Shown in pieces: positions 28,590 to 38,997 of a stretch of 64,000 nucleotides of DNA (position 1 is the stretch's first letter; each line of letters begins with the position of its first letter). This DNA is from Clostridia bacterium (lineage in GTDB: Bacteria; Bacillota; Clostridia; UBA1212; DUPL01), in the NCBI GenBank assembly GCA_050951325.1, contig JBMNIW010000006.1, forward strand, positions 64,001-128,000, given 5' to 3'. A program made the translations under genes and the position numbers. A model generated the notes under the pieces. It did no database searches. It saw only the letters and a program-made list of their open reading frames with translations, and was not told where the DNA came from.

Positions 28590-29447
28590 TTATTTCAGTC
28601 GTCTTAGAAACTCCCCCGGACAGCTCCATGTGGACGTGTGGAGAGCGCCAAATTCATCAAGCCTAATCCACACATTGCCTTCCCTGTCTGTTACCACATA
28701 AGTTTCGGAAGCGGGAGTAGTGCTTTCCGCAATTAACAAGAGCTTTTCCCCCGTTTCTTTATTGACGCACATGTCCACCACGATGACTGCATGCCCAAGA
28801 CTTTTATTCATCTGGGATGCAGTCATTACAAATATATCGCCAATACGAATATCCTCATAAGAAACTGGTTCCGCCTGCTTTTGAAGCGATGTGGTGTTTG
28901 CGTAGTTATGCACCAAATCCATGTAACGCCTGAAGGTTTCATAGGAATAGTCTTCTTCAGCATCCTTGTACCAGTAGCATATCTTGTCATCCACATGCAG
29001 CCTGTTGCCTTCTGCATAGCTTACATAATCGCACTCAAAGCCGTTGACAAAATTGAATTTTATCCTGTCATACTCTCCCCTGTAGTACAAGTATTCCGCC
29101 CAAAGACGCATCACGGCATCCGCACACTGCTCCAGATTTTTAGGAGTTATCTCATTGTCAAAAACACCATATACAGGTGCATTCCTGTTTATTTTCCCAT
29201 TGTAGTGATATGCCTTACTTCCATATTTCTTCAAAGGTAAATTCTGAAGGTAATATTCAAAAGAGCCTTCCTCGGTCTTAACCCTTTCATACCCTTCAGG
29301 CACCTTGAACCTGGTACTTATCGTATTACCGGATTTGTTTATGTACTTCTCCTGCTTTGGAGCATGAAATTTGACAAAGATAAAGAATAAAAAAACTGCC
29401 GCAGCACATAAGGCTGCAGCAATTACAAATCTTCTCTTGCGACTCAT
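28590..29447 (-). CDS. DUF4846 family protein, paralog A
   Basis: RFKVPEGYER, EQCADAVMRLWAEY, GHAVIVVD; N-terminal TM; ATGA overlap with the upstream gene. Confidence 0.8.
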   Translation of the reverse strand: MSRKRRFVIAAALCAAAVFLFFIFVKFHAPKQEKYINKSGNTISTRFKVPEGYERVKTEEGSFEYYLQNLPLKKYGSKAYHYNGKINRNAPVYGVFDNEITPKNLEQCADAVMRLWAEYLYYRGEYDRIKFNFVNGFECDYVSYAEGNRLHVDDKICYWYKDAEEDYSYETFRRYMDLVHNYANTTSLQKQAEPVSYEDIRIGDIFVMTASQMNKSLGHAVIVVDMCVNKETGEKLLLIAESTTPASETYVVTDREGNVWIRLDEFGALHTSTWSCPGEFLRRLK

Positions 29448-30427
29448 CCAAACCTCCTGATAAACTGGGCAGGACATACCCACTCATTCTTAACAAACTC
29501 AAAATTATTGTTTAGTTTGTGCCATGCACCCATCATTTCGTCATCATTAAGAACAATATACGTCTCGGTTGCAGGCATGTTTCCTTCGGCCACAAGAAAT
29601 ATCTTCTCTCCGGTTTCCTTGTGGACCGCCATGTCGACAATAATTGCTGCGTGCCCATAGTCATTGCTCATCTGCTGCGCTGTCATGATAAACACATCTC
29701 CGATGGAAAGCTGGTTGACCTGAACGGGAGTCATTTGCATTTGCAGTGAAGTTGTGTTTGCATACGCATGCACCATATCAAGATATTTTCTGAAAGTCTC
29801 GTAACTGTAATCTTCGCCAGCATCGGTTTCAACCCATGAAACTTCGTTTCCATCAATTTTCACACGCTTGCCGCTAGCCCAGGATACGTAGTCGCATTCA
29901 AAACCGCTTAGGAAGTTAAACGATATTCTGCCGTACTCCTCACGTTCATAAAGGTATTCAGCCCATAGCCTCATTATGGCATCAGCGCACTGCTGCAGAT
30001 CCCTTGGAGTAATATCCTGGTTGAATACGCCTTGAATGCTTGCCTCTTCATTTATAATTCCCTCATACGTATATGCAGGCACGCCATAGTTCTTAAGAGG
30101 ATGATTTCTTAAAAATTCAGCAAAACTGCCTGGCTCTACAGGAACTCTTTCATATCCCTCAGGAACAGGAAACCTCTCCTTAATGGTGTTTCCTTCCTTG
30201 TTTACAGGATATGGAGTTGGTGCAGGTTCCTCCGTGGCAGTGGGCTCCGGAGTTTCTGTAACACCTGGAGTTTCACTTGGGTTTTTCCTGGCAAGCCAGG
30301 GTACATTGTCCCCGAAATAGTAAAGATAGACTAAAAATCCAATTATGATAATAAGTATGGCGATTACCACTAGCATGATAATGCTTCTTGCATCGAGACC
30401 ATCTTTTTTCATCATGTTAAATGACAT
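29444..30427 (-). CDS. DUF4846 family protein, paralog B
   Basis: RFPVPEGYER, DLQQCADAIMRLWAEY, GHAAIIVD; TM plus PT linker. Confidence 0.8.
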   Translation of the reverse strand: MSFNMMKKDGLDARSIIMLVVIAILIIIIGFLVYLYYFGDNVPWLARKNPSETPGVTETPEPTATEEPAPTPYPVNKEGNTIKERFPVPEGYERVPVEPGSFAEFLRNHPLKNYGVPAYTYEGIINEEASIQGVFNQDITPRDLQQCADAIMRLWAEYLYEREEYGRISFNFLSGFECDYVSWASGKRVKIDGNEVSWVETDAGEDYSYETFRKYLDMVHAYANTTSLQMQMTPVQVNQLSIGDVFIMTAQQMSNDYGHAAIIVDMAVHKETGEKIFLVAEGNMPATETYIVLNDDEMMGAWHKLNNNFEFVKNEWVCPAQFIRRFG

Positions 30428-31376
30428 CCCCTTCCGCTTCTTTTGTAGTTTCTTTGGATTTGTCTGCGCTTTCGTTATCTATGAGATACTTTTTAATAGT
30501 ATTATTAACGTAAAAGTTGTTTAAGAACCCAATAAATGCAGGAGTGATAAATATATACAAAACCGTGGGTATTACCAAGGTAGAATTGCCAAACATAAAC
30601 AGGAACGGCAGAGCAATCAATACCGCATTCAATATGAGTATCAAAAGGTTAGGTATCCACCTTATCAATGACAGTATAATTGCATTCTTGTAAAGCTGTT
30701 TGTACGTGACATTGAAGGTAACCATGATGGGGTATGCATATAAATTTACCATCATAAGAAGAAGCGACAAAAACAGGATAACTGCAATTGCAATAAACAG
30801 TATGAAGGAAGGTACATTGGAAAACTGTCCCTGACTGTTGTTGCTGATTGCCATGTAAGCTGCCGCATCCACCATAAGGAAAAAACCTGCCACAAAGTTT
30901 GTCAGCCCCACTTTCAATCCTAGTTTGAAATTGCTTCTTGCCTTTGTTTTGAAATCATGCCACAGAAATACAGGATTCTCCGTGACAATACTTCTGAGCA
31001 GGTATGTAAATCCTGCGTAGAAAGGACCAACTGCAAAAATCGGAACAACAGTGGTTATGATTGCTGTAAATGCTATTACAATAATTATTGTCTGCCTTGC
31101 CATTTCCGTTGCGGATTCCCTGTTCTGAAGGAACTGTGAAATGGCATTGTCCGAACCTTCAAGCGTCACAAACAAAGATGCCGCAACCAGGAATACCAAT
31201 GTTGCAACAAAAAGAGAAATTATTGCGCTGGGCAAATACAAAAAATTCGCACCGATTAACCTATATCTTTTTTCCCAGAATCTGCTCCAAAACCTAAAAA
31301 ATGCTCTTTTCTGAGGAGCGTCCTTTTCTATACCTTTTCCGTCTTTTGTAAAATCTAAAAATTTGAACAATTTCAA
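30417..31376 (-). CDS. YesL/DUF624-like integral membrane protein
   Basis: GKGIEKDAP, VGPFYAG, LWHDF, KQLYKNA; multiple TM helices; start moved to the TTG after GGAG. Confidence 0.7.
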   Translation of the reverse strand: MKLFKFLDFTKDGKGIEKDAPQKRAFFRFWSRFWEKRYRLIGANFLYLPSAIISLFVATLVFLVAASLFVTLEGSDNAISQFLQNRESATEMARQTIIIVIAFTAIITTVVPIFAVGPFYAGFTYLLRSIVTENPVFLWHDFKTKARSNFKLGLKVGLTNFVAGFFLMVDAAAYMAISNNSQGQFSNVPSFILFIAIAVILFLSLLLMMVNLYAYPIMVTFNVTYKQLYKNAIILSLIRWIPNLLILILNAVLIALPFLFMFGNSTLVIPTVLYIFITPAFIGFLNNFYVNNTIKKYLIDNESADKSKETTKEAEGDVI

Positions 31377-31541
31377 TATTAACACTCCAAATAATACTTG
31401 TCTTGCGCACAATTAATTATACCATACGTTTGACTTTATCCACAACACAAAAAATGGTTCTTTTCAAGAACGTTTTTGCTTTGTACAAAAGTATGCATTA
31501 TGGTAACATATATTGTACAAGTTATTAAAGGAGTTGGAAAC

Positions 31542-33272
31542 ATGCCCTATGATGGGATAGTCGCAAACGCAGCAGTATGGGAATTGTCAGGACTGCTGGC
31601 AGGAGGAAGAATAGAAAAAGTTTACCAAACGGAGAGAGATGAAATAACTTTACTCATACATTCCATGGGGGAAAGATTCAGGCTGCTTGCCAGCGCAAAC
31701 GCCACCTACCCCAGACTTCATCTTACAATCGGGAAGAAAGAAAATCCTATGAATCCACCACCTTTCTGCATGGTGCTGAGAAAGCATCTTCAGGGCGGAA
31801 GAGTTGTGGACATAACCCAGTCAGGATACGATAGAATCATAACTCTTACCATTGTAAAAACGGATGAAATGGGCGATCTTGTAAAGAAGCACCTGGTTGT
31901 TGAAATAATGGGAAGGCACAGCAATATAATTCTCGTAAACGATTCCAAAACAATCATAGACTCAATAAAGCATGTAGACGCAAATATTAGCAGTGTAAGG
32001 GAAGTCCTTCCGCTGCGTCCTTATGTTCTGCCTCCGCAGATGGAAAAGCAAAGCCCGGAATTCATAGATTTTGAAAAACTTTTCAACGAAAAGCCAGCAC
32101 AAAGATTGGACAAGCATCTTGTAAACTGCATATGGGGGTTCAGTCCTTTCCTGGCCATGGCAATTTGCAACAATGCGGAGGTGGATCCTTTTAAAAACAT
32201 TTCACATCTAACAGATTGTGATAAACTTAGACTGAAAGAAACGATAACGGAAACAACGAATAACATAAAAGAAAGGAAATACTCTCCTGCAATAATCCAT
32301 GGAGACAAGGTGGATTTCCATGTTCTTTCTGTTGCTCATGGAGAAAGAACAGTCTTGTTCAGCACTGTGAATCTAATGCTGGATGAGTACTATACAAAGA
32401 AGGACATAGATGAAAAACTTAACGCGATCAGAGCAAATATTCTAAAAAGCGTCAATACGGCAATTGATAGAAACACGAAAAAACTTGCTATACATGAAGA
32501 AACCATAAGAGAAGCAGCCGATTATGACAAGTATAGAATATACGGAGAGCTTCTATTTTCAAATATATACAACCTTAAGGAAGGTAAATATGCGGAAGTT
32601 TTAAACTACTACGAAGACCCGCCAATCCATGTAAAGATAGAGTTGGACGAGGAAAGAAGTATAAAAAACAATGCAAACAGGTATTTTAACAGGTACAAAA
32701 AGCTAAAGAGCTCGTATGAGAACGCATTAAACCTCCTTGAAGAGGTAAAGAACGAACTCTTTTACCTTGAGAATGTTAAAACCCATCTTGAGAATGCTAC
32801 CGATTTTGAAACTTTGGAAGACATAAGACAGGAGCTATATGAAGGCGGATATGTAAAATTCCAAACTAAAAGCAGAACAGCAAAGAAGTTAGAAACAAAA
32901 TCAAAACCCATTCATGTTGTTTCAGAAGAAGGTTACGACATATATATTGGCAGAAACAACAAGCAAAACGAAGAGCTTTCGCTCAGGTTTGCCTCCCAGA
33001 ACGACTTGTGGCTGCACGTAAAAGATGCTCCTGGTTCCCACGTTATAGTGAGAACAGGAGCAAAGAATGGTGTTGTTACTCAAAAAGTTATTGAGGAAGC
33101 TGCAGCGTATGCCGCCTTTTACAGCAGTCATCGTACCTCAACCAATGTTATCGTCGACTTCACACGAGTCAAACATGTGCGAAAAATACCAAAATCAAAA
33201 CCCGGCATGGTAAGCTACACAAACCACAAAAGCATTGTGGTTAAGCCCCAGGAAGCTAGTTCTCAATCTTGA
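31542..33272 (+). CDS. rqcH: ribosome quality control protein RqcH (NFACT/FbpA family)
   Basis: MPYDG, FCMVLRKHL, EIMGRHSNIIL, GRNNKQNE, WLHVKDAPGSHV. Confidence 0.92.
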   Translation: MPYDGIVANAAVWELSGLLAGGRIEKVYQTERDEITLLIHSMGERFRLLASANATYPRLHLTIGKKENPMNPPPFCMVLRKHLQGGRVVDITQSGYDRIITLTIVKTDEMGDLVKKHLVVEIMGRHSNIILVNDSKTIIDSIKHVDANISSVREVLPLRPYVLPPQMEKQSPEFIDFEKLFNEKPAQRLDKHLVNCIWGFSPFLAMAICNNAEVDPFKNISHLTDCDKLRLKETITETTNNIKERKYSPAIIHGDKVDFHVLSVAHGERTVLFSTVNLMLDEYYTKKDIDEKLNAIRANILKSVNTAIDRNTKKLAIHEETIREAADYDKYRIYGELLFSNIYNLKEGKYAEVLNYYEDPPIHVKIELDEERSIKNNANRYFNRYKKLKSSYENALNLLEEVKNELFYLENVKTHLENATDFETLEDIRQELYEGGYVKFQTKSRTAKKLETKSKPIHVVSEEGYDIYIGRNNKQNEELSLRFASQNDLWLHVKDAPGSHVIVRTGAKNGVVTQKVIEEAAAYAAFYSSHRTSTNVIVDFTRVKHVRKIPKSKPGMVSYTNHKSIVVKPQEASSQS

Positions 33273-36180
33273 AAACTCTTTCAGTGGACGGACTTTCCAT
33301 CTCGAACACAAACGAGAAGCTGTAGGTTCCGTCCATGTTAAAGTGGACTGAATATCCGTCATACTCATGAACCGAGTATTCATAGGGCACATATTCTCCA
33401 TCCACAAGCTCGTATATGTTCGGCTTCTTTATGTTTGTAAAGCCGTCCACGCACACTACATTGTTGTTCCTTCCACCGGTTATTCTGAACTCAGCCCTGT
33501 TGTTCTCGCACTTTATCCTTGGTATGTAGGCATCCTTCACGACGGTGCCTGTAATAGCCTCTATCTTCAAAGGATTAAGTGCCGAGTCCTCTCTTACCAT
33601 CCTTACATTGTCATCATGCTTGTCGTTGTGTGAACCATATGGAAGCAGAATGAAATCCATCTGAATCTTGTCACCCTTCTTGAAGGTAGTCTTGCCCAGA
33701 TCCAGAGAAATCGCTCCCGTGTTCAGGTTGCCATCAAAAGAATCCCTGTATGCAAAGTTGCCCTTGAACTTCTTTCCACCTATTGTAATGTTGCTGCTTT
33801 TCAGTATGAATCCGAAGTTCATGACATTCTCGCCATTATGCAGGTCAAAATACGAAAAGTATGGATTCTCTGTTCCCAGTGTGAAAATCCTTGAACCCGG
33901 CGCCAGAGTATCAACTCTTTCCACCTTTGGATTATTGTCTTTGTCAAGATAGCCGGTCTGCTTGAAATATGTAAATCTGCCATCAAAGGCAAAAATGGTA
34001 AAGTCCTCCCTCACATTGTCAATGGTCAGATTCTTCAAGAACTCCAGCGACAGAGAGTAGTACGTTCTGTTTTCATCCAATTGAGGGAATTCCACATGTC
34101 TTAATGTGTATTTATATGAACCGCAGTCGGAAACATAGCTGTAGTCCATGTCTACATAAGTCTGCCCTGCACAGCGAATATGGCTTCCGGTATACTCGCT
34201 GCCAATATTTCTGTCTTTTTGATAAGATAAAAAGTACAACCTGCCCACAGAGTTGAACTGTGGCTGGCTATCCCACATTATTCCGCTAGCTCCTCTGAAG
34301 TCAGGCAGAGTCCAGCCGTCCTTGCCGTATACAAAATATGGAGCTATGCAGTTTGATTCCGTGACACCCGTTGAGAGGTGGTAATAAGAGATGTGGAACT
34401 GGATGGAGGACAATTGTTTCAAAGGATAGTTGCCCCAATTCTGATAGAGATTCAAAAGGGTAAACTCCGCTTCCTCGTTTGCATTAAGTCTCAACGGGAA
34501 AAATGTGTCACCGTATGCAGGATCAATTGGGTCGTAAAACGGCTCCTCAATCTCGCCTTTGAAGTTTTTGCAAACCTGCATTGGAATCGGTATAAGGGTT
34601 TTTGTATCATCCAAAAGACCTGCGCATTCAAGACCGCCTGCATCCGTGTTCATCCAGATGTAGAAGTCCCTGTCATTGCCGTCTGATTTAATCTTTATGG
34701 TCGCAGTATAATGTGTGTCAGGTTCTCTGTAATATGCCTTATTGAAATTGGAACCATCCATGGTGAACCTGTATGCTCCTCTTAAATGATCATAATGAGC
34801 GAATCTTGCATTGGCGTTCGAATCCAGAACATTAATATCATTAAGAGGATTTCTTTCCAGGTTTGCTGCTTTATCAATCCCGTCAAAAGAATGGGAAGTG
34901 TCGGTGTATAGTCTGTTTCCAAAGGATTCTTCATCCATTCTCTTGAATGAGTTCTTGGTTAGGTTGGCGTATTGCCTAAGCACATACTTCGAACCTTCTT
35001 CCGTCACAACAACTGACTTGGTGCTGCCGTCTGACGGAACTATGAATCCAATAACACCCACCTTTTTGATATCAAACGCCACGTATTCCACAGACTCACT
35101 GTCCATTTTGGAAATGTCGCTACCCACACCGTTTTTGTCCCTGAACTGGATTTTGGCCACATTCTTTTTATCAAACGCCGCTTCAAATCCAACATTTTGA
35201 ATATTGGAAGCTTCGCTTGTTGCAATTACCCTGAACTCCTGATGGAGTTTGTCCGGATATGTATGAAAGGTTTTGTCCAGTTTAAAAGGCACAACTCTTG
35301 TTGATGTCTGAATCGCTTTTACATATTCTATTGTAATTACATCGCCAACAGCGCTTCCTATGTCAAAACGTATTCCCTTCAAAGGAGCGTTGTATTCTCC
35401 TGCTCCCGCCAAATCCAAAACGTATGTATGGAACTTGCCATCATTTTTTACCTGAAAAGAGAGGCGCTGTTCCGCATTGAAATTGCCCTTGTCAGCAGTG
35501 AAGTAGTAAACTTCCGCAACTTGAGCCGCTCCATCAACCTTCATCTTCACTTCTATACCGTTATACTTTGTATTGTCAATATTCAGACCTGACCTGGATA
35601 CATACGGATCATGAGTATTTGTTACCTTTAAAATTACACCATTGTTGTAGACAGGACTCTCCATTTGATGTACTTTCCAATCTTTTGAATCAAGTCCCGT
35701 TATATCCACCTTATTGCCTACCAGTTCACCCTCGTCTGTTGAAAACCCCAGTTCCCTGATATGGCTCTCGTAGTAATAGAAGCCTAATCTGGTAGTGTTC
35801 ATTCTTCCTGATGAAGGAGACTTGCTTGCATAATATCTTCGCCCTTCATTGTTTTCAATAAAGACGTCCAATGAATTTTCAATATAAGTTTTACCTTTTA
35901 ACGTTTGAAGTTTTGAAACGTTCTTTTCTCCTGCAAAACCCAGCTCATGTACCAGTTTCATCTGCGTGTTGGCAATGGTATAACTGTCCCTGTCAGGAGT
36001 TGTGTAGTATGCCTGGACCGTGTTTGCAATCGTATTTGCGTAGACCATCGATTTTGACAATCTTGTATCGTTGCTGGTGTCCCTTGGCTTGGGTTTAGGT
36101 TCCTCTGTTGTACAGCCTACAACTGTAGCAAATATTGAAATACTTAGCAGAATGCTGAAGATGCGTTTGATTATTACCAT
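33256..36180 (-). CDS. large hypothetical lipoprotein with an internal CBM-like beta-sandwich
   Basis: 974 aa; lipobox VVGC; beta-rich; no catalytic motif recognised. Confidence 0.8.
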   Translation of the reverse strand: MVIIKRIFSILLSISIFATVVGCTTEEPKPKPRDTSNDTRLSKSMVYANTIANTVQAYYTTPDRDSYTIANTQMKLVHELGFAGEKNVSKLQTLKGKTYIENSLDVFIENNEGRRYYASKSPSSGRMNTTRLGFYYYESHIRELGFSTDEGELVGNKVDITGLDSKDWKVHQMESPVYNNGVILKVTNTHDPYVSRSGLNIDNTKYNGIEVKMKVDGAAQVAEVYYFTADKGNFNAEQRLSFQVKNDGKFHTYVLDLAGAGEYNAPLKGIRFDIGSAVGDVITIEYVKAIQTSTRVVPFKLDKTFHTYPDKLHQEFRVIATSEASNIQNVGFEAAFDKKNVAKIQFRDKNGVGSDISKMDSESVEYVAFDIKKVGVIGFIVPSDGSTKSVVVTEEGSKYVLRQYANLTKNSFKRMDEESFGNRLYTDTSHSFDGIDKAANLERNPLNDINVLDSNANARFAHYDHLRGAYRFTMDGSNFNKAYYREPDTHYTATIKIKSDGNDRDFYIWMNTDAGGLECAGLLDDTKTLIPIPMQVCKNFKGEIEEPFYDPIDPAYGDTFFPLRLNANEEAEFTLLNLYQNWGNYPLKQLSSIQFHISYYHLSTGVTESNCIAPYFVYGKDGWTLPDFRGASGIMWDSQPQFNSVGRLYFLSYQKDRNIGSEYTGSHIRCAGQTYVDMDYSYVSDCGSYKYTLRHVEFPQLDENRTYYSLSLEFLKNLTIDNVREDFTIFAFDGRFTYFKQTGYLDKDNNPKVERVDTLAPGSRIFTLGTENPYFSYFDLHNGENVMNFGFILKSSNITIGGKKFKGNFAYRDSFDGNLNTGAISLDLGKTTFKKGDKIQMDFILLPYGSHNDKHDDNVRMVREDSALNPLKIEAITGTVVKDAYIPRIKCENNRAEFRITGGRNNNVVCVDGFTNIKKPNIYELVDGEYVPYEYSVHEYDGYSVHFNMDGTYSFSFVFEMESPSTERVFKIEN

Positions 36181-36274
36181 AAAAAAACCCCCAGTTCCAT
36201 ACTCATTAATTTAAAGGTATTGTAACATATTAACAAACATGGAACAAGGAGCGCAAAATATATTAAGAGATCAA

Positions 36275-37438
36275 TTATCTGTATTTTTTCATAAGTTCCT
36301 TGAAGGCTTTTCTGGAATTAACTATAGTATCCATGCTTATGCAATATGAAAGCCTTAGATAGCCTGGGTACCCAAAACCTGTACCTCCCACCAGCACAAT
36401 GTTGTACTTAAGAGCTTCTTTTGCAAACTCACTGTCATCGGGAATCGGGGATTTGGGGAACATATAGAAGGCGCCTTCTGGTTTTCTGCATTCAAAACCC
36501 GCATCGACAAGAACATCGTAAAGCGCATCCCTCTTTGCCTTGTATTCTTCAAGACCTACCACCTCGTCCAGATGTTCGGCTATCACTCTCTGCATCAATG
36601 ATGGAGCATTTACAAAACCTAGAGTTCTGTTGGCAAAAATCATTGCCTGAAGCAAGAGGTTTACATCTTCACAATTTGGACTCACTATACAAAATCCTAT
36701 TCTTTCTCCTGGAAGAGCCAAGGATTTACTGAATGAATTTATGACTATGGAGTTTTTAAAAATCTTAAGTATTGCAGGAACGCAAACCCCGTCATATACA
36801 ATCTTCGCATAAGGCTCGTCCGATATTACATAGACAGCATGTCCGACACCATCCAAAACATTACTCAAGTCATTTAATGTTTTCTCATCGTAAACCGTAC
36901 CTGTCGGATTGTTTGGAGAATTCAGTATTATTGCCTTTGTTTTATCTGTTATTGCATTCTTTATAGCTTCTACATCCAAATTGAAGGAGCCTGCTTGTGC
37001 AGGAACAGGCACAACAACACCGCCGTGATTCTCGGTATAGAATTTATATTCAGAAAAATATGGGGCAATTACAATTACTTCATCGCCCGGATTAAGTATT
37101 GACTTTAAAACCACATTCAAGCCACCTGCAGCACCATTAACCATGACAACATGATTTGCCGTCACCTCAACCTGACTTTCGTTTGATGCGTGTTCAGCCA
37201 CCTTTTCCCTTACATCCTGGAAACCTGCATTGGACATGTACTTATGGATTCCCGGTACCCTGACTAGACTCTCCATAGTGGCAAGAATGCCTTCAGAGGG
37301 TTCGGGATCAGGGTTTCCCAAAGAGAAGTCAAACACATTTTCTTCTCCAAACTGTTTCTTAAGCTGCATGCCCTGCTCAAACATAGCCCTAATCCATGAG
37401 CTTTTTTGCAGGTTATCTTCCACCTTTTTGGATATCAT
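36275..37438 (-). CDS. PLP-dependent aminotransferase class I/II (aspartate aminotransferase-like)
   Basis: FSLGNP, NSPNNPTG, DEPY, SFSKSLALPGERIG. Confidence 0.9.
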   Translation of the reverse strand: MISKKVEDNLQKSSWIRAMFEQGMQLKKQFGEENVFDFSLGNPDPEPSEGILATMESLVRVPGIHKYMSNAGFQDVREKVAEHASNESQVEVTANHVVMVNGAAGGLNVVLKSILNPGDEVIVIAPYFSEYKFYTENHGGVVVPVPAQAGSFNLDVEAIKNAITDKTKAIILNSPNNPTGTVYDEKTLNDLSNVLDGVGHAVYVISDEPYAKIVYDGVCVPAILKIFKNSIVINSFSKSLALPGERIGFCIVSPNCEDVNLLLQAMIFANRTLGFVNAPSLMQRVIAEHLDEVVGLEEYKAKRDALYDVLVDAGFECRKPEGAFYMFPKSPIPDDSEFAKEALKYNIVLVGGTGFGYPGYLRLSYCISMDTIVNSRKAFKELMKKYR

Positions 37439-37439
37439 T

Positions 37440-38093
37440 TTACTTTCCCCCATTTCTCAATACTGAGATTATTTCTCTTGTATCTTCAGCTTTGTAAACT
37501 GCAGACCCTGCAACAATAACATTTGCGCCTGCTTCAATCACATCTTTTACAGTTACTGCATCAACGCCTCCATCAACCTGTATATCCGTATTGAGATTTC
37601 TCTCATTAAGCATTCTTCTAAGTTCCCTTATCTTGTCGGTAACGGAGTGGATATATGATTGACCGCCAAAGCCGGGATTTACGCTCATAAGAAGTATCAT
37701 ATCCACATCTTCCAAAACCGGCTCCACCATGCACAAAGGAGTTCCGGGATTCAAAGCCACTCCCGCTTTTATACCCAGTTTGTGAATGCTCTGCACTACC
37801 CTGTGTATATGTTTTACCGCTTCCACATGTACAGTAATTATGTCTGCTCCGGCTGCATGATAGTCTTCCAGATATCGCTCTGCATTGTCTATCATAAGGT
37901 GGACATCAAAAGGCAGTTTCGTTATCTTTCTTATGGACTTTATCACCGGCAAACCAATGGTAAGGTTTGGCACGTAATGACCATCCATTACGTCAATATG
38001 GACCATGTCCGCTCCAGCTTCCTCTATCTTCCTTATCTCATCCCCCAGCATAGCAAAATCCGCCGAAAGTATGGAGGGTGCTATTTTAATCAT
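37440..38093 (-). CDS. rpe: ribulose-phosphate 3-epimerase
   Basis: [36 protein letters not shown]. Confidence 0.97.
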   Translation of the reverse strand: MIKIAPSILSADFAMLGDEIRKIEEAGADMVHIDVMDGHYVPNLTIGLPVIKSIRKITKLPFDVHLMIDNAERYLEDYHAAGADIITVHVEAVKHIHRVVQSIHKLGIKAGVALNPGTPLCMVEPVLEDVDMILLMSVNPGFGGQSYIHSVTDKIRELRRMLNERNLNTDIQVDGGVDAVTVKDVIEAGANVIVAGSAVYKAEDTREIISVLRNGGK

Positions 38094-38112
38094 AAAATCA
38101 TCCTTTCATTAG

Positions 38113-38997
38113 CTATTTGTACTTGTTGAGCTCCTTTTCCTTAAGCTCTTCGTAAATGTATTTGTATCTGTCATACCTTCCTTCAGGAAATAGGCCATTT
38201 TCAATCAGCTCATCCACCATGCATCCAAGCTCTTTGGTATGGCTGCAGTCCTGGAATTTACAGAATGTTTTTCCATCCAGTTCAGGATAATATTTCTGCA
38301 GCTCTATCGGTGCAATTTCACCCAGCTCATACATGCTGAAACCAGGAGAATCTATAACGTAGCCATCCATCTCCTTAAGCGAAAACATTTCAGAATGCCT
38401 TGTCGTGTGTTTTCCTCTTTTGGTCTTGTCACTGATATCTCCCGTCTCCATGACTTGTGTCTCTAGAATACTGTTAAGAATAGTTGACTTGCCCACACCT
38501 GATTGGCCACACATTACAGTTATTTTATCCTCTAAAAGACTCTTAAGCTCTTCGATGCCTTCTCCTGTAATGGCACAGGTAATGACAATGCTTTGAAGTG
38601 CATGTTTATACTCTTTACGTATTTCATCGCAAGCAAGCCTGTCCTGGTCCGACTTGTTAATTACAAGAATCGGAGTTATGCCCTTGTACAAGGCGGTAAT
38701 AATGAGTCTGTCTATAAGGAGGAAATCAGGTTTTGGAAAAATTGGAGCAATTACTATAGCTAGCTGATCAACATTAGCAACACTGGGGCGGACGAGCTTG
38801 TTTCTTCTCTCAAAGACCTCGTCAATGACCGCCTCCATCTTTTCCTCATCTATTTCCGAAATCTCAACATAATCCCCTATTACAGGAGTTAATGCTTCTT
38901 TTCTGAATATCCCTCTTGCCCTGCAGACATATGGTTTTCCATCTTTCCTTACCGTATACAGACCTCCGACTCCCTTTACAATTACTGCTTCTCTCAT
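38113..38997 (-). CDS. rsgA: ribosome small subunit-dependent GTPase
   Basis: NKSD, GQSGVGKS, GKHTTR, DSPG, CKFQDCSH..E.GC. Confidence 0.95.
   Translation of the reverse strand: MREAVIVKGVGGLYTVRKDGKPYVCRARGIFRKEALTPVIGDYVEISEIDEEKMEAVIDEVFERRNKLVRPSVANVDQLAIVIAPIFPKPDFLLIDRLIITALYKGITPILVINKSDQDRLACDEIRKEYKHALQSIVITCAITGEGIEELKSLLEDKITVMCGQSGVGKSTILNSILETQVMETGDISDKTKRGKHTTRHSEMFSLKEMDGYVIDSPGFSMYELGEIAPIELQKYYPELDGKTFCKFQDCSHTKELGCMVDELIENGLFPEGRYDRYKYIYEELKEKELNKYK

Noticed and set aside
33256-33272. 17-bp convergent overlap of rqcH and the large lipoprotein gene
   Set aside because: Short tail-to-tail overlaps are common and imply no functional link.
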